A stretch of DNA of 62,953 nucleotides, filler included. It is 5 parts of 5 records of this genome, joined end to end, with 100 filler letters (N's around TTAATTAATTAA, not from the genome) between each part and the next. Parts side by side here need not be neighbours in the genome. Positions count along the whole stretch, not along the records: positions 15,636 to 39,267 come from SRR20825010_2086; 4 more parts are not named here. One strand, written 5' to 3'. Below the pieces are notes generated by a model. The model was not told where the DNA came from, did no database searches, and worked only from the letters and a program-made list of their open reading frames with translations. Each line of letters begins with the position of its first letter. Within the stretch, counting starts at the first letter, position 1. Shown piece after piece: positions 29,508 to 39,367 of this stretch. A program made the position numbers and the translations under genes.

Positions 29508-30227
29508 TCAGCCGTCGCTGGTATTCGCTTTCAGAACATAGCCCTTGCCGCGCACGGTTTGCAGGAAGCGCGGGAATTTCGGATCTTTCTCGATTTTCCG
29601 GCGCAGCCGGTTGATCTGTACGTCGACGGTGCGCTCGTGCCCGTTCACCGCGTTGCGGGCGACCAGGTCTTCCCGGCTCAGCGTGCGGCCCGGCGTTTGG
29701 GCAAAGCAGCCAAGGAGCACGGCTTCCGACTCGGTCAGGTGCACCACGCGATCCTCCTTGCTCAACTCGGCCGCTGTCCTGTCATAGACATAGGGGCCAA
29801 AGGTGACGCGTGACGGCATGTCCGACATGACCGGGGCTGTGCGGGTGCGGCGCAGGATCGTACGGATGCGCAATAAAAGTTCGCGTGGCTCGAACGGCTT
29901 CGTCAGATAGTCGTCGGCCCCGGTCTCCAACCCCTCTATGCGGTTCTCCATCTCGCCCATGGCGGTGAGCAGCAGGATCGGCAGGTCACGGGTCTGGCGC
30001 ATGGAACGGGTCAGCTCGAAGCCGGTTTCTCCGGGCATCATGACATCCAGGACGATCAGGTCGTAATCGATCGCCGCCAGCTTGCGCCGGGCATCGGCGG
30101 CATCGCCCGCAGCGGTTATGCGGAACCCGTTCTCGCTCAGGAAGCGGGTCAGCAGATCGCGCAGCCGGCTGTCATCATCGACGACAAGAATATGGGGCTG
30201 ATCATCGCCGTCCATCCGGATGCTCAT
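29508..30227 (-). CDS. OmpR family response regulator (PetR-like)
   Basis: ILVVDDD, LDVMMPG, GADDYLTKPF, VDVQINRLRRKIE, TVRGKGY. Confidence 0.93.
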   Translation of the reverse strand: MSIRMDGDDQPHILVVDDDSRLRDLLTRFLSENGFRITAAGDAADARRKLAAIDYDLIVLDVMMPGETGFELTRSMRQTRDLPILLLTAMGEMENRIEGLETGADDYLTKPFEPRELLLRIRTILRRTRTAPVMSDMPSRVTFGPYVYDRTAAELSKEDRVVHLTESEAVLLGCFAQTPGRTLSREDLVARNAVNGHERTVDVQINRLRRKIEKDPKFPRFLQTVRGKGYVLKANTSDG

Positions 30228-30742
30228 CCTTTGCTGCGGCGTTGCGCCGGCATGGCGGGCGTGACGATCTCGAAACGTTCCTGGTCGCCGGGATCGATGA
30301 TGCCGCGCATGACCTCGCGGAATCCCTGAACGGCTTCCGCCCCCGCGGCGCGGTAGGCACGGGCGATGCGCTTGCGCTGGTTCTCCGTCAGCCGGTGCTC
30401 GAGATGGACGCCTTTTTCGGTCAGGGTCAGCAGCTTCTTGCGCCGGTCTCCCTGATCCGTCGTCTGGTCGATATAGCCCTCATTGACGAGCTGGCTGAGA
30501 ACCCGGGAAAGGCTCTGTTTTGTGATCTTCAGGATCTTCAGCAGGTCGGTAACGGTGATTCTGGGATTACGCCCGACGAAGTAGATGACCCGGTGATGGG
30601 CCCGTCCGAGATCGATCTCCGCAAGAATGGCGTCCGGCTCACCCGTGAAGTCCCGATAGGCAAAGAACAGCATTTCGATGCCTTGCCTGAGTTCCTCCTC
30701 CCGCAGGAAAAGCGGATTGGCCATGCTTTTTACGTCAACCAT
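30224..30742 (-). CDS. MarR family regulator (PetP-like)
   Basis: FFAYRDFT, GRAHHR, ITKQSLSRVL, DRR...LTEKG. Confidence 0.9.
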   Translation of the reverse strand: MVDVKSMANPLFLREEELRQGIEMLFFAYRDFTGEPDAILAEIDLGRAHHRVIYFVGRNPRITVTDLLKILKITKQSLSRVLSQLVNEGYIDQTTDQGDRRKKLLTLTEKGVHLEHRLTENQRKRIARAYRAAGAEAVQGFREVMRGIIDPGDQERFEIVTPAMPAQRRSKG

Positions 30743-30866
30743 GTTGACTTAATTCCTTTTGAATGTTAGCTCTTGGCCCTACTTTGGGTAACAATCTAAC
30801 CAAAGCGCCCGTCAACATGAACATTTCGAACGGGTTAGGCTTTGGAGCTTGCTGGGATGAAACCTC

Positions 30867-31772
30867 ATGAGCCTGCTTCCTTTCGATGATCGCGACGGTG
30901 CCATCTGGATGGATGGTACCTTGTTGGACTGGCGTGACGCCAAATTGCATGTACTTAGCCACGGACTGCATTATGCCAGTTCGGTGTTCGAGGGCGAACG
31001 GGTTTATAGCGGACAGATCTTCAAGTCCCGCGAGCATACCGAACGCCTGCACCGTTCCGCCGGAATTCTCGGCTTCAAGATCCCTTACGATGTCGATGCC
31101 ATCGAGGCCGCCAAACAGGCCGTCATCGATAGCATGGGGATCGTCGATGGCTATGTCCGTCCGGTTGCCTGGCGCGGCAGTGAAATGATGGGTGTGTCCG
31201 CCCAGCAGAACACCATTCATCTGGCCGTCGCCGCCTGGGAATGGCCGTCTTACTTCGATCCGGAAGCGAAGATGAAGGGGATCAATCTGGATATCGCCAA
31301 GTGGCGCCGTCCGGCCCCCGACACCGCGCCGACGAACAGTAAGGCTGCCGGTCTCTACATGATCGCCACCATGTCCAAGCATGATGCCGAAGCGCGCGGT
31401 TTCCACGATGCGCTGATGCTGGATTATCGCGGCTATGTCGCTGAGGCCACGGGCGCCAACATCTTCTTCCTGATGGATGACGGCCGGCTGCACACGCCGA
31501 CCCCGGACTGCTTCCTCGACGGCATCACCCGACGCACAGTGAAACAGCTCGCCATCGATCTCGGCTACGAGATCGTCGAACGGCATATCCGGCCGGAAGA
31601 ACTTTCGCGGGCAACCGAATGCTTCCTGACCGGCACGGCTGCGGAAGTTACCCCGGTCGGCACCATCGGCACCTACAAGTTCACGCCGGGCGAGGTCACC
31701 CGCAAGCTGGTCGATGCCTATGACGCGGCGGTGCGGGCCCACGCGACGAGCGTGCAGGTCGCGGCCGAGTAA
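30867..31772 (+). CDS. ilvE: Branched-chain amino acid aminotransferase
   Basis: HGLHYASSVFEG, KAAGLY, EATGANIF, LDGITR, FLTGTAAEVTP. Confidence 0.95.
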   Translation: MSLLPFDDRDGAIWMDGTLLDWRDAKLHVLSHGLHYASSVFEGERVYSGQIFKSREHTERLHRSAGILGFKIPYDVDAIEAAKQAVIDSMGIVDGYVRPVAWRGSEMMGVSAQQNTIHLAVAAWEWPSYFDPEAKMKGINLDIAKWRRPAPDTAPTNSKAAGLYMIATMSKHDAEARGFHDALMLDYRGYVAEATGANIFFLMDDGRLHTPTPDCFLDGITRRTVKQLAIDLGYEIVERHIRPEELSRATECFLTGTAAEVTPVGTIGTYKFTPGEVTRKLVDAYDAAVRAHATSVQVAAE

Positions 31773-31856
31773 GAAACCGGCCCGCCGGGGCAGGGAGAAC
31801 GATCCCGTTCTCTGCTGGCACTGGACAACACTTTGATAAACGGGGGAAGCTGACAT

Positions 31857-32609
31857 ATGACAGCTTCCCCCGTTTGCACATTCGACGGCACCCACTGGGT
31901 TCCGGGACCGCTCGCCAAGGGACCTTTCCCGGGGCTGCATGGTGGCGTCGTCGGCGGATTGCTCGCCGCCGAGATGGAAAAAACGTCCCATGAAAATGGT
32001 GGCGGGATGGGATTGCAGATGTCCCTGTCCCTGCTGCGCCCGACACCGATGGAGCCGGTCACGATCTCCGTCCGGATCCTGCGACAGGGCCGACGCTCCC
32101 TTCAGCTCTCTGCGGAACTCGTTGCCGATGGCAAGACCTGCGCCGTGGCGAGCGCCCTGTTTCTGACTCCGGAAATGTTGCCCTTTGTTGAGGAAGCGCC
32201 GGCCGAACGGGTTCCTGTTGCCGGCAAGGATTTCCATGTTGGCCGGAGGATGGGGCAGCCCTGGTTTGCCGATGCCTGCGAGATGCGCCGGGAAGAGGGC
32301 GGCCGGATCTGGATGCGTCACCTCAATCCGGTGGTGGACGGCATGGGGCCGTTGACCCGCGTTCTCTCATTGGCGGACTGGGCGACCGGCCTTTCCCGTC
32401 CTGACTGGGTGGATGGGGAGAAGGTGGTCTTTCCGAACCCGGAGATCAGCATTCACCTGCACCGCCCACCCGCAGGCGCCTGGCTGGGTGTGGATTCGGA
32501 ACCGTTCTGGAATGCCAGCGGCCTCGGTATCACCGCGAGCGACCTCTATGACGAGGCGGGGTATCTCGGCCGGGCAACGCAGCCGGTTGTGCTCGCGGTG
32601 ATGAAGTAA
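31857..32609 (+). CDS. Thioesterase family (double hotdog) protein
   Basis: GP..GLHGG, LLRPTP, RQGRR, FPNPEISIHLHRPP, LYDEAG. Confidence 0.8.
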   Translation: MTASPVCTFDGTHWVPGPLAKGPFPGLHGGVVGGLLAAEMEKTSHENGGGMGLQMSLSLLRPTPMEPVTISVRILRQGRRSLQLSAELVADGKTCAVASALFLTPEMLPFVEEAPAERVPVAGKDFHVGRRMGQPWFADACEMRREEGGRIWMRHLNPVVDGMGPLTRVLSLADWATGLSRPDWVDGEKVVFPNPEISIHLHRPPAGAWLGVDSEPFWNASGLGITASDLYDEAGYLGRATQPVVLAVMK

Positions 32610-32669
32610 GCGCGGTCGCGCTTTTCAGGTCTCCATCATCCCTGCACCTGCAGGGATGATGTCTTAATC

Positions 32670-33911
32670 TCAGATACAGACGCTGGCGAGTGGCGGCAGG
32701 CCGTTGAAGGCGACCGAGGAATAGGTCGTCGTGTAGGCGCCGGTGCCGAAGATCCAGACCTTGTCGCCGACTTTCAGGTCAAGCGGCAGCGGGTACGGAT
32801 TTTTCTCATACATGACATCGACGCTGTCGCAGGTCGGCCCGGCCAGAACGGCGGGTACGGTGTCTCCGGTGCGGATGGTTTCGATCCGGTAGCGGATGGC
32901 TTCGTCCATGGTTTCGGCGAGGCCGTTGAACTTGCCGATATCGAGATAGACCCAGCGTGGTGCGTCGCTGTCGTCCTTCCGGGATACCAGCACGACTTCC
33001 GCCTGAATGATGCCGGCATCGGCAACCAGTCCCCGGCCCGGCTCGATGATCAGGTCGAGTGCCCGGTCGCCGAACTGCTCGCGCACCGCCGCCATGACGA
33101 CCGCGCCATATTCCAGCAGGTCCGTCTCGCCATTGTCGTAGGTCCCCGGCATGCCGCCGCCGAGATTGATCATGCGCAGGCTGACGCCGGAGCGGTCGAG
33201 CCGCTGCATCAGCCTGGCGACATCGGCAAGGGCCTCGCGCCAGGCGCGCGGGTTCTTCTGCTGGGAGCCGACATGGAAGGAAACGCCATAGGCATCGAGG
33301 CCGAGACGATCCGCTTCGATCAGCAGGTCACCGGCCATTTTCACGCAGCAGCCGAACTTGTGGGACAGTGGCCAGTCGGCGCTGTCGTTCTCCGCCAGGA
33401 TGCGGCAGAAAACGGAGGCGCCGGGGGCGGAGCGGGCCAGCTTCTCAAGCTCGCCTTCGCTGTCGAAGGAGAACAGCCGGACGCCGCAATCGAAGGCTTT
33501 GCGGATCACGCTTTCTTTCTTGATGGTGTTGCCGAAGCTGATCCGGCTCGGGCTGACGCCCCGGCTCAGCACCAGGTCGATCTCGCCCATGCTGGCGCAA
33601 TCGAAATACCCGCCGAGCGCGGCCACCCGGTCCAGAATCTCGACCGACGGGTTGGCTTTGATGGCGTAGAAAATATCGGCACCGCGAAAACCGGTGGCGA
33701 GAATGTTGTAGCGGGCTTCCACCAGCTCCAGATCGACCGCCAGCTGCGGGCCATCGATCACTTCATTCGCAAAATAATCTGCCAGACGCGCGGACACGGA
33801 AGAAACTGCGCGCGCTACGGGCTCCTGCTCCAGCTCAACAAGCTGAACGGCGGTGTTTTGGTTGTTGGAATACGGAACAGCGGCGAAGGCGCCGCGTTTC
33901 GGCTCAAGCAT
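32670..33911 (-). CDS. Ornithine (lysine) decarboxylase, fold-type III PLP enzyme
   Basis: YAIKAN, FDCAS, SFHVGSQ, NLGGG, EPGR, GPTCDS, GAYT. Confidence 0.93.
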   Translation of the reverse strand: MLEPKRGAFAAVPYSNNQNTAVQLVELEQEPVARAVSSVSARLADYFANEVIDGPQLAVDLELVEARYNILATGFRGADIFYAIKANPSVEILDRVAALGGYFDCASMGEIDLVLSRGVSPSRISFGNTIKKESVIRKAFDCGVRLFSFDSEGELEKLARSAPGASVFCRILAENDSADWPLSHKFGCCVKMAGDLLIEADRLGLDAYGVSFHVGSQQKNPRAWREALADVARLMQRLDRSGVSLRMINLGGGMPGTYDNGETDLLEYGAVVMAAVREQFGDRALDLIIEPGRGLVADAGIIQAEVVLVSRKDDSDAPRWVYLDIGKFNGLAETMDEAIRYRIETIRTGDTVPAVLAGPTCDSVDVMYEKNPYPLPLDLKVGDKVWIFGTGAYTTTYSSVAFNGLPPLASVCI

Positions 33912-34014
33912 CGGTGCTTCCCTCTCGGAACCGGTCCCCTCGGGACCTGAGTTTCAAAAAGGACGCCTCGTCGTTGCTTAACCTGCTGGGCTGTCTCGCC
34001 TGGGCCAGTGGCAC
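33904..34014 (-). CDS. Candidate leader peptide (uORF, 36 aa) overlapping the ODC start
   Basis: GTG-start ORF MPLAQARQPSRLSNDEASFLKLRSRGDRFREGSTDA*. Its GAT-GCT-TGA overlaps the ODC ATG. No SD seen. Confidence 0.35.
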   Translation of the reverse strand: MPLAQARQPSRLSNDEASFLKLRSRGDRFREGSTDA

Positions 34015-34030
34015 GTGCGCGCGTCGTCAG
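33912..34030 (-). ncRNA. Structured 5' leader of ODC (speF-leader-like)
   Basis: About 120 nt between a TTGCAT-N17-CATATC promoter and the ODC ATG; contains GCACGTGCC, AAGCAACGACG and hairpins. Resemblance to the alphaproteobacterial speF leader is from memory, not from a search. Confidence 0.55.
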
Positions 34031-34088
34031 CCGGATATGAACGTGTTCCCGGATTTATGCAAGCGGAAAAGGAGCGCAAAAAGTGCGC

Positions 34089-34802
34089 TCAGATGCGAAA
34101 TGCCTTTGCGTGGACATCGCGAATGCGCGCAGCGGTTTTCGGTGTCAGGGCACCCGTCAGATCCTGTGCTATCCAGCGGCGTTGAAAGGCCAGCAAGACA
34201 CTGCGCGCGGACTGGCTCATCAGGGCCGTTTCCGGCGCGGCATATCCGATTTCCGAAAGCAGCCGCATTGCCTCCGAAAAACTCATCGCGTCACGTGCTG
34301 TGGGAAGAGAGGCGGGCCAGAGGCCAATGCCGTTGCGGGCCAAACTCTCCCAGTCGAACAACTCTCCTGGGTCTTCCTTGCGGTCCGGGGCGACATCGGA
34401 ATGGGCGAGAACGCGTGCCGGCGGAATGGGGTGGCGCTGAAGGGTCGCTTGTGACAGGCGGATGAGGCATTCCATCTGCCGGTCGGGGAAGGGCCGGTAG
34501 CCGAACTGGTGGCCCGGATTGACCAGCTCGATGCCAATCGAGCGGGCATTGATATCCGTCGCGCCCTGCCATGAGGCGACACCGGCATGCCAGGCCCGCC
34601 GGTTCTCGTCGACCATCCGGTAGCAGCGGCCGTCCTCGTTGATCAGATAATGGGCGCTGACCTTGGCATCCGGATCGGTTAGCCGGTCGAGGGCGGCTTC
34701 GGCGGACTGCATGCCGGTATAATGCAGCAGCAGGATGTCGATAACGGTCCCGTCCGGCCGTGCGTCATGGTTCGGGGAAGGGTGTTCGATGATCGTGTCC
34801 AT
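34089..34802 (-). CDS. N-acetylmuramoyl-L-alanine amidase (Amidase_2, AmiD-like)
   Basis: LHYTGM, VSAHY, RAWHAG, SIGIELVN, HSDVAPDRKEDPG, AFQRRW. Confidence 0.93.
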   Translation of the reverse strand: MDTIIEHPSPNHDARPDGTVIDILLLHYTGMQSAEAALDRLTDPDAKVSAHYLINEDGRCYRMVDENRRAWHAGVASWQGATDINARSIGIELVNPGHQFGYRPFPDRQMECLIRLSQATLQRHPIPPARVLAHSDVAPDRKEDPGELFDWESLARNGIGLWPASLPTARDAMSFSEAMRLLSEIGYAAPETALMSQSARSVLLAFQRRWIAQDLTGALTPKTAARIRDVHAKAFRI

Positions 34803-34818
34803 TCCCTCCATTGCGCGC

Positions 34819-35700
34819 TTATCCCCTGGCTTCCGCTTCTATTTTTGGTGCGGGCCCCGTCCGGCCTATGGTCACGGCGCCAACCCCGATGATGGTAAGG
34901 GCGGCTCCGGAAAGCTGGAAGGCGTCCATATGCTCGCCAAGGAAGACAATGCCGGAAGCGGCACCGACAAGCGGTGCCAGGATGGTCAACGGCATGGTCT
35001 GGGATACGTCGTATTTTTGCAGGATTTTATACCAGATGCCGTAGCCGAAGATGGTAACGCCCACGGCCATATAGATCACGCCGCCCCAACCGGCGGCTCC
35101 GGCGGTCTGAATTGATTCCCATTGACCGTCCTCGAGCATCAGCGAGGAGCCGAGCATCATGGGCGCGGCCAGTACCGACATCCAGGCATTCAGCACGAAC
35201 GGGTTCACGGCCCCCATCCATTTCACCTGAATATGGGCAAGGCCCCAGAGCAGCGCGGCGATGATGACGAGGCCGAGATTGAACAGGCTGCTGGAGGTTT
35301 TCGGAGCGCCTGCCAGCATGGCCACGCCGGCAAAGGCGATGGCGATGCCAAGGATCTGCCGCCGGTTCGGACGCTCGCGGAAGAAAATGACAGCAAGAAT
35401 GACGGCAAACGGCACCTGGATCTGCGCCGCGATGGCGGCGAGCGAGGCGTCGGTGCCCTTGAGGCCGGTGAACATGAAGGCGAAATGCAGCACTCCGAGG
35501 GTGACCGAGAGGCCGAAGATATGCAGGAACTTGATGCCTCGCCATCTCAGGAAAGGCAGCAGCAGGATGGCGGTTAGCAAGTACCGCAGCCCGATCAGCA
35601 TCATCGGTGAGAACTCGGCCATGGCGATCTTGCCGAAGGCGAAATTCATGCCCCAGACGACCATGACGATGACGCCGAGCAGAATGTCCTTTGGCTTCAT
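34819..35700 (-). CDS. EamA family transporter
   Basis: WGMNF, about 10 TM segments, GYGIWY, FLGE. Confidence 0.88.
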   Translation of the reverse strand: MKPKDILLGVIVMVVWGMNFAFGKIAMAEFSPMMLIGLRYLLTAILLLPFLRWRGIKFLHIFGLSVTLGVLHFAFMFTGLKGTDASLAAIAAQIQVPFAVILAVIFFRERPNRRQILGIAIAFAGVAMLAGAPKTSSSLFNLGLVIIAALLWGLAHIQVKWMGAVNPFVLNAWMSVLAAPMMLGSSLMLEDGQWESIQTAGAAGWGGVIYMAVGVTIFGYGIWYKILQKYDVSQTMPLTILAPLVGAASGIVFLGEHMDAFQLSGAALTIIGVGAVTIGRTGPAPKIEAEARG

Positions 35701-37556
35701 GAAGCACGGGCTTTCTCTATGCTCTCGCGCAACTCTTCAAGTTCAAGCCAGCGGTTTTCCGCATCGTCGAGTTCGGTCTGGGCCGCCTCGAGGCGTGCGC
35801 TTGCAGCCTTGAACCGTTTCGGATCACCGGTAAACAGATCGGGATTGGCAAGCTCGTTCCCGAGCGCCTCGATTTCCGCTCCAAGTTTGTCGATCGTGTC
35901 CGGAAGGGTGTCGAGCGCGCGTTGATCCTTGTAGCTGAGCTTGGCCTTCGGCTGCGCCGGTTTTTCCGGTGCCGGTGCGGACGGTTTGCTCTCCCGCTTC
36001 TTCGGCTCGGCCGCCTCTTCGGCTTCCGCTTTCCGGTAAGCCGCGTAGTCGCTGAAGCCGCCGACGAATTCCTCGATCTTGCCATCGCCTTCGACGGCGA
36101 TGATGGAGGTCACCACCCGGTCGAGAAAGTCACGGTCATGGCTGACCAGAATGATCGTGCCCTCATATTCTCCGAGCACTTCCTGCAGCAGGTCGAGGGT
36201 TTCGATATCGAGATCGTTGGTCGGCTCGTCGAGCACCAGCAAATTGTGCGGCCCGGCGAACAGCTTCGCCAGCAGTAGCCGGTTGCGCTCACCGCCGGAG
36301 AGGTTCTTCACATGTGCCCGTGCCTGACGCTCCTCGAACAGGAAGTCCCGGAGGTAGGAGACGACATGCTTCGGTTTGCCGTGCACGAAGACGGTATCGC
36401 CGCCGCCGGGACAGAGCGTTGACCAGAGTGTTGCGTCGCCGTCCAGCGTCTCCCGATACTGGTCGAAATAGACAGTCTCGACGCCGAAGCCGACACGGAC
36501 GCGGCCCTTGTCCGGCTTCTCCTGATCGATCAGCATTTTCAGAAGCGTGGTCTTGCCGGCACCATTGGCGCCAACGAGACCGATCCGGTCGCCCCGCTTG
36601 ATAATGGTGGAGAAGTCCGTCGCCAGAACTTTCTCGGTGCCGTCGGGTTGCGGGTAGGATTTTGAAATATGATTGGCTTCAATGACGAGCTGACCACCGG
36701 ACTCGGCGTCGCCGACACTGAGATTGACCAGACCCGTCCGCTTCACCCTTTCAGCCCGCTCCCGGCGCATGCCGAGCAGGGTGCGGACGCGGCCCATATT
36801 GCGTTTGCGCCGGGCGGTCAGGCCTTCACGCAGCCAGCGGGTTTCCTCGGCGATCTGTTTATCGACCCGTCGCCGTGTCGCTTCCTCGTCCGCCAACACC
36901 TTGTCCGCCCAATCTGCGAAGGCCGCGAAGCCGTCGGAATTGCGGCGCACTTCGCCACGGTCGATCCAGTAGGTCCGGTTCGACAGCCGGCTGAGGAAGG
37001 TCCGGTCATGGCTGATCAGCAGAATGCCGCCTTTGAAAGCTTCCAGTTCCTCTTCCAGCCATTCGATGGTCGGCAGGTCGAGATGGTTTGTCGGCTCGTC
37101 CAGCAGCAGCACATCGGGCTCGGACACCATCGCCCGGGCAAGAGCAACGCGGCGGGATTCGCCCCCCGAGAGGGCATCGGTCAGCCGGTCTCCGTCGAGG
37201 GAGAGATGCAGCAGCATGGAATCGACCAGATATTCCGCCGGATGTTCGCCCGGGTGAACCGAAAGACCGCTCCTGACATGCTCACGGATGCTTATGCCTT
37301 TTGGCAGAGGCGGGTCCTGTGGCAGGTAGGCGACCTTGGCGCCGGGCTGCACGAACCGCTCGCCCTGGTCGAGGTCCACTAATCCGGCGAGACATTTCAG
37401 CAGCGTGGATTTACCGGAGCCGTTGCGGCCGACGAGGCAGATGCGCTCGCCCTTGGCCACGGTGACGTCGACATCGTCGAACAGAATGCGTTCACTGAGG
37501 GTGAGCCGGGCGTTGCGAAGGGCGACGATCGGCGGCGCGGAAGAAGCTCGGGCCAT
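35697..37556 (-). CDS. uup: ABC-F family ATPase Uup
   Basis: Two ABC domains (GRNGSGKS, GANGAGKT), DEPTNHLD, ARRKRNMGR linker, KLSYKDQR C-terminal domain. Confidence 0.88.
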   Translation of the reverse strand: MARASSAPPIVALRNARLTLSERILFDDVDVTVAKGERICLVGRNGSGKSTLLKCLAGLVDLDQGERFVQPGAKVAYLPQDPPLPKGISIREHVRSGLSVHPGEHPAEYLVDSMLLHLSLDGDRLTDALSGGESRRVALARAMVSEPDVLLLDEPTNHLDLPTIEWLEEELEAFKGGILLISHDRTFLSRLSNRTYWIDRGEVRRNSDGFAAFADWADKVLADEEATRRRVDKQIAEETRWLREGLTARRKRNMGRVRTLLGMRRERAERVKRTGLVNLSVGDAESGGQLVIEANHISKSYPQPDGTEKVLATDFSTIIKRGDRIGLVGANGAGKTTLLKMLIDQEKPDKGRVRVGFGVETVYFDQYRETLDGDATLWSTLCPGGGDTVFVHGKPKHVVSYLRDFLFEERQARAHVKNLSGGERNRLLLAKLFAGPHNLLVLDEPTNDLDIETLDLLQEVLGEYEGTIILVSHDRDFLDRVVTSIIAVEGDGKIEEFVGGFSDYAAYRKAEAEEAAEPKKRESKPSAPAPEKPAQPKAKLSYKDQRALDTLPDTIDKLGAEIEALGNELANPDLFTGDPKRFKAASARLEAAQTELDDAENRWLELEELRESIEKARAS

Positions 37557-37558
37557 AC

Positions 37559-38293
37559 TCAGTTCATGCCACGCTGTTTGGCGATACGGTCATAAGCGGC
37601 GTTGATCGCGGCCATCTTCGCCGTCGCGGCGGCAACGAATTCCTCCGGCAGACCTTCGGCGATCAGCCGGTCCGGGTGATGCTCGCGGATCAGGGTGCGA
37701 TAGATCTTTTTGACTTCAGCGTCGTCGGCGTCATGGGCGATGCCCAGTACGCTGTAGGGATCTTCCGCATCCTTGTCGCCGGAGACAGCACGCATGCGCT
37801 GGAAAGCCAGAGCGTCAAAACCGAAGATTTCGGCGACGCGCTCCAGATAAGCGATTTCGTTCTGGTGGATGACACCGTCCGCCTTGGCTATATGGAAGAG
37901 GCTCAGCAACAGCTCTTCAAGGACGGGAGAGCCCGGATTGAACAGTCGGGCAATCTGCTGTGCATAGACCTCGAATCCCTCGACATCGCGCCGGGCCAGA
38001 TCCCAGACCCGCCCGACATTGCGAACCTCTTCGGGGGGAATGCGAAAGACTTCCCGGAAGGCGGCGATCTCGTCACGCGTGACCACGCCATCGGCCTTCG
38101 CCATCTTGGCGCTGAGCACGACGACCCCGATGGTGAAGGCGATTTTCTTGGTCGCCGCTTCCTCATCCTTCGGTGTATCGGAACTGGCGAACCGGTCCAC
38201 GGCGTGGCCGGCGGTCGCGCCGAGCAGCGCACCGATCGGCCCGCCAAGAGCGAGACCGGCAGCGCCGCCGATGATTTTACCCCAGATACTCAC
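37559..38293 (-). CDS. djlA: DjlA-like co-chaperone (TerB plus J-domain)
   Basis: MSIWGKIIGG...GPIGALLG, KMAKADG, DPYSVLG, HHPDRL, INAAYD. Confidence 0.88.
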   Translation of the reverse strand: MSIWGKIIGGAAGLALGGPIGALLGATAGHAVDRFASSDTPKDEEAATKKIAFTIGVVVLSAKMAKADGVVTRDEIAAFREVFRIPPEEVRNVGRVWDLARRDVEGFEVYAQQIARLFNPGSPVLEELLLSLFHIAKADGVIHQNEIAYLERVAEIFGFDALAFQRMRAVSGDKDAEDPYSVLGIAHDADDAEVKKIYRTLIREHHPDRLIAEGLPEEFVAAATAKMAAINAAYDRIAKQRGMN

Positions 38294-38469
38294 GTTTCAA
38301 GCACTGCCGCGCATAGTGGAACATTTGTAGAATCTTGACGGAACATGTCGGCTGCCGGGGCTGCCGTCAACAGGGTGTGTGGCCGCAGGGATAACTGCGG
38401 GGGCCCTTGCTGGTGGTGATGACCGGGAGTAGTTTGACCGGCCCAGCTTTTTTAAACGGAGATCCCCAA

Positions 38470-39267
38470 ATGGATGTAGAGGCGAAACCCGTCGATGCCG
38501 CCACTCGTGACGCAGCGCTCGATGCTCTGAAGCAGATATTCGGGGACCGTTTCACCACCGCCGCCGCCGTGCGTCACCAGCATGGCAAGGACGAGAGCTA
38601 TCATGCGCCGATGGCGCCGGACGCTGTCGTCTTCGCCGAAAGCGAAGAGGAGATCGCCCGCGCCGTCATCGTGTGCAACAGGCTGAAATTTCCGGTCATC
38701 CCGTTCGGCACCGGCACTTCGCTTGAAGGCCATGTCGCCGCGCTCAGGGGAGGTGTCTCCATCGACACCTCACTGATGAACCGGGTGCTTGCGGTCCATG
38801 CCGAAGATCTGGATGTCACCGTGCAGCCGGGCGTGACCCGGAAGCAGTTGAACGAGCATCTGCGCGATACGGGGCTGTTCTTTCCGATCGATCCGGGCGC
38901 CGATGCCTCGATCGGGGGCATGACCGCGACCCGCGCCTCCGGCACAAATGCGGTGCGCTACGGCACCATGCGGGAGAATGTGCTGTCGCTGCGCGTCGTC
39001 ACGCCGAGTGGGGAAATCATCCGGACATCGCGGCGGGCCCGGAAGTCTTCCGCCGGATATGACCTGACGCGTCTTTTCGTCGGCTCCGAAGGCACGCTCG
39101 GCATCATCACCGAGATCACGCTCAAGGTGTACGGTATCCCGGAAGCAATCTCGTCGGCGGTTTGCCAGTTCGAGACTCTCGAAGGTGCGGTCGATTCGGT
39201 CATCACAACAATCCATGCCGGTGTTCCCGTTGCCCGGATGGAGTTGCTGGATGAAGTCCAGATGGGC
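38470..39267 (+). CDS. FAD-linked oxidase (D-lactate dehydrogenase/GlcD-like), truncated by gap
   Basis: PFGTGTSLEGH, FFPIDPGADASIGGM, SSAGYDL, GSEGTLG. Confidence 0.9.
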
Positions 39268-39367
39268 NNNNNNNNNNNNNNNNNNNNNNNNNNNNNNNNN
39301 NNNNNNNNNNNTTAATTAATTAANNNNNNNNNNNNNNNNNNNNNNNNNNNNNNNNNNNNNNNNNNNN
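39268..39367. other. Artificial contig-join spacer
   Basis: N-run with central TTAATTAATTAA. Confidence 0.98.
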
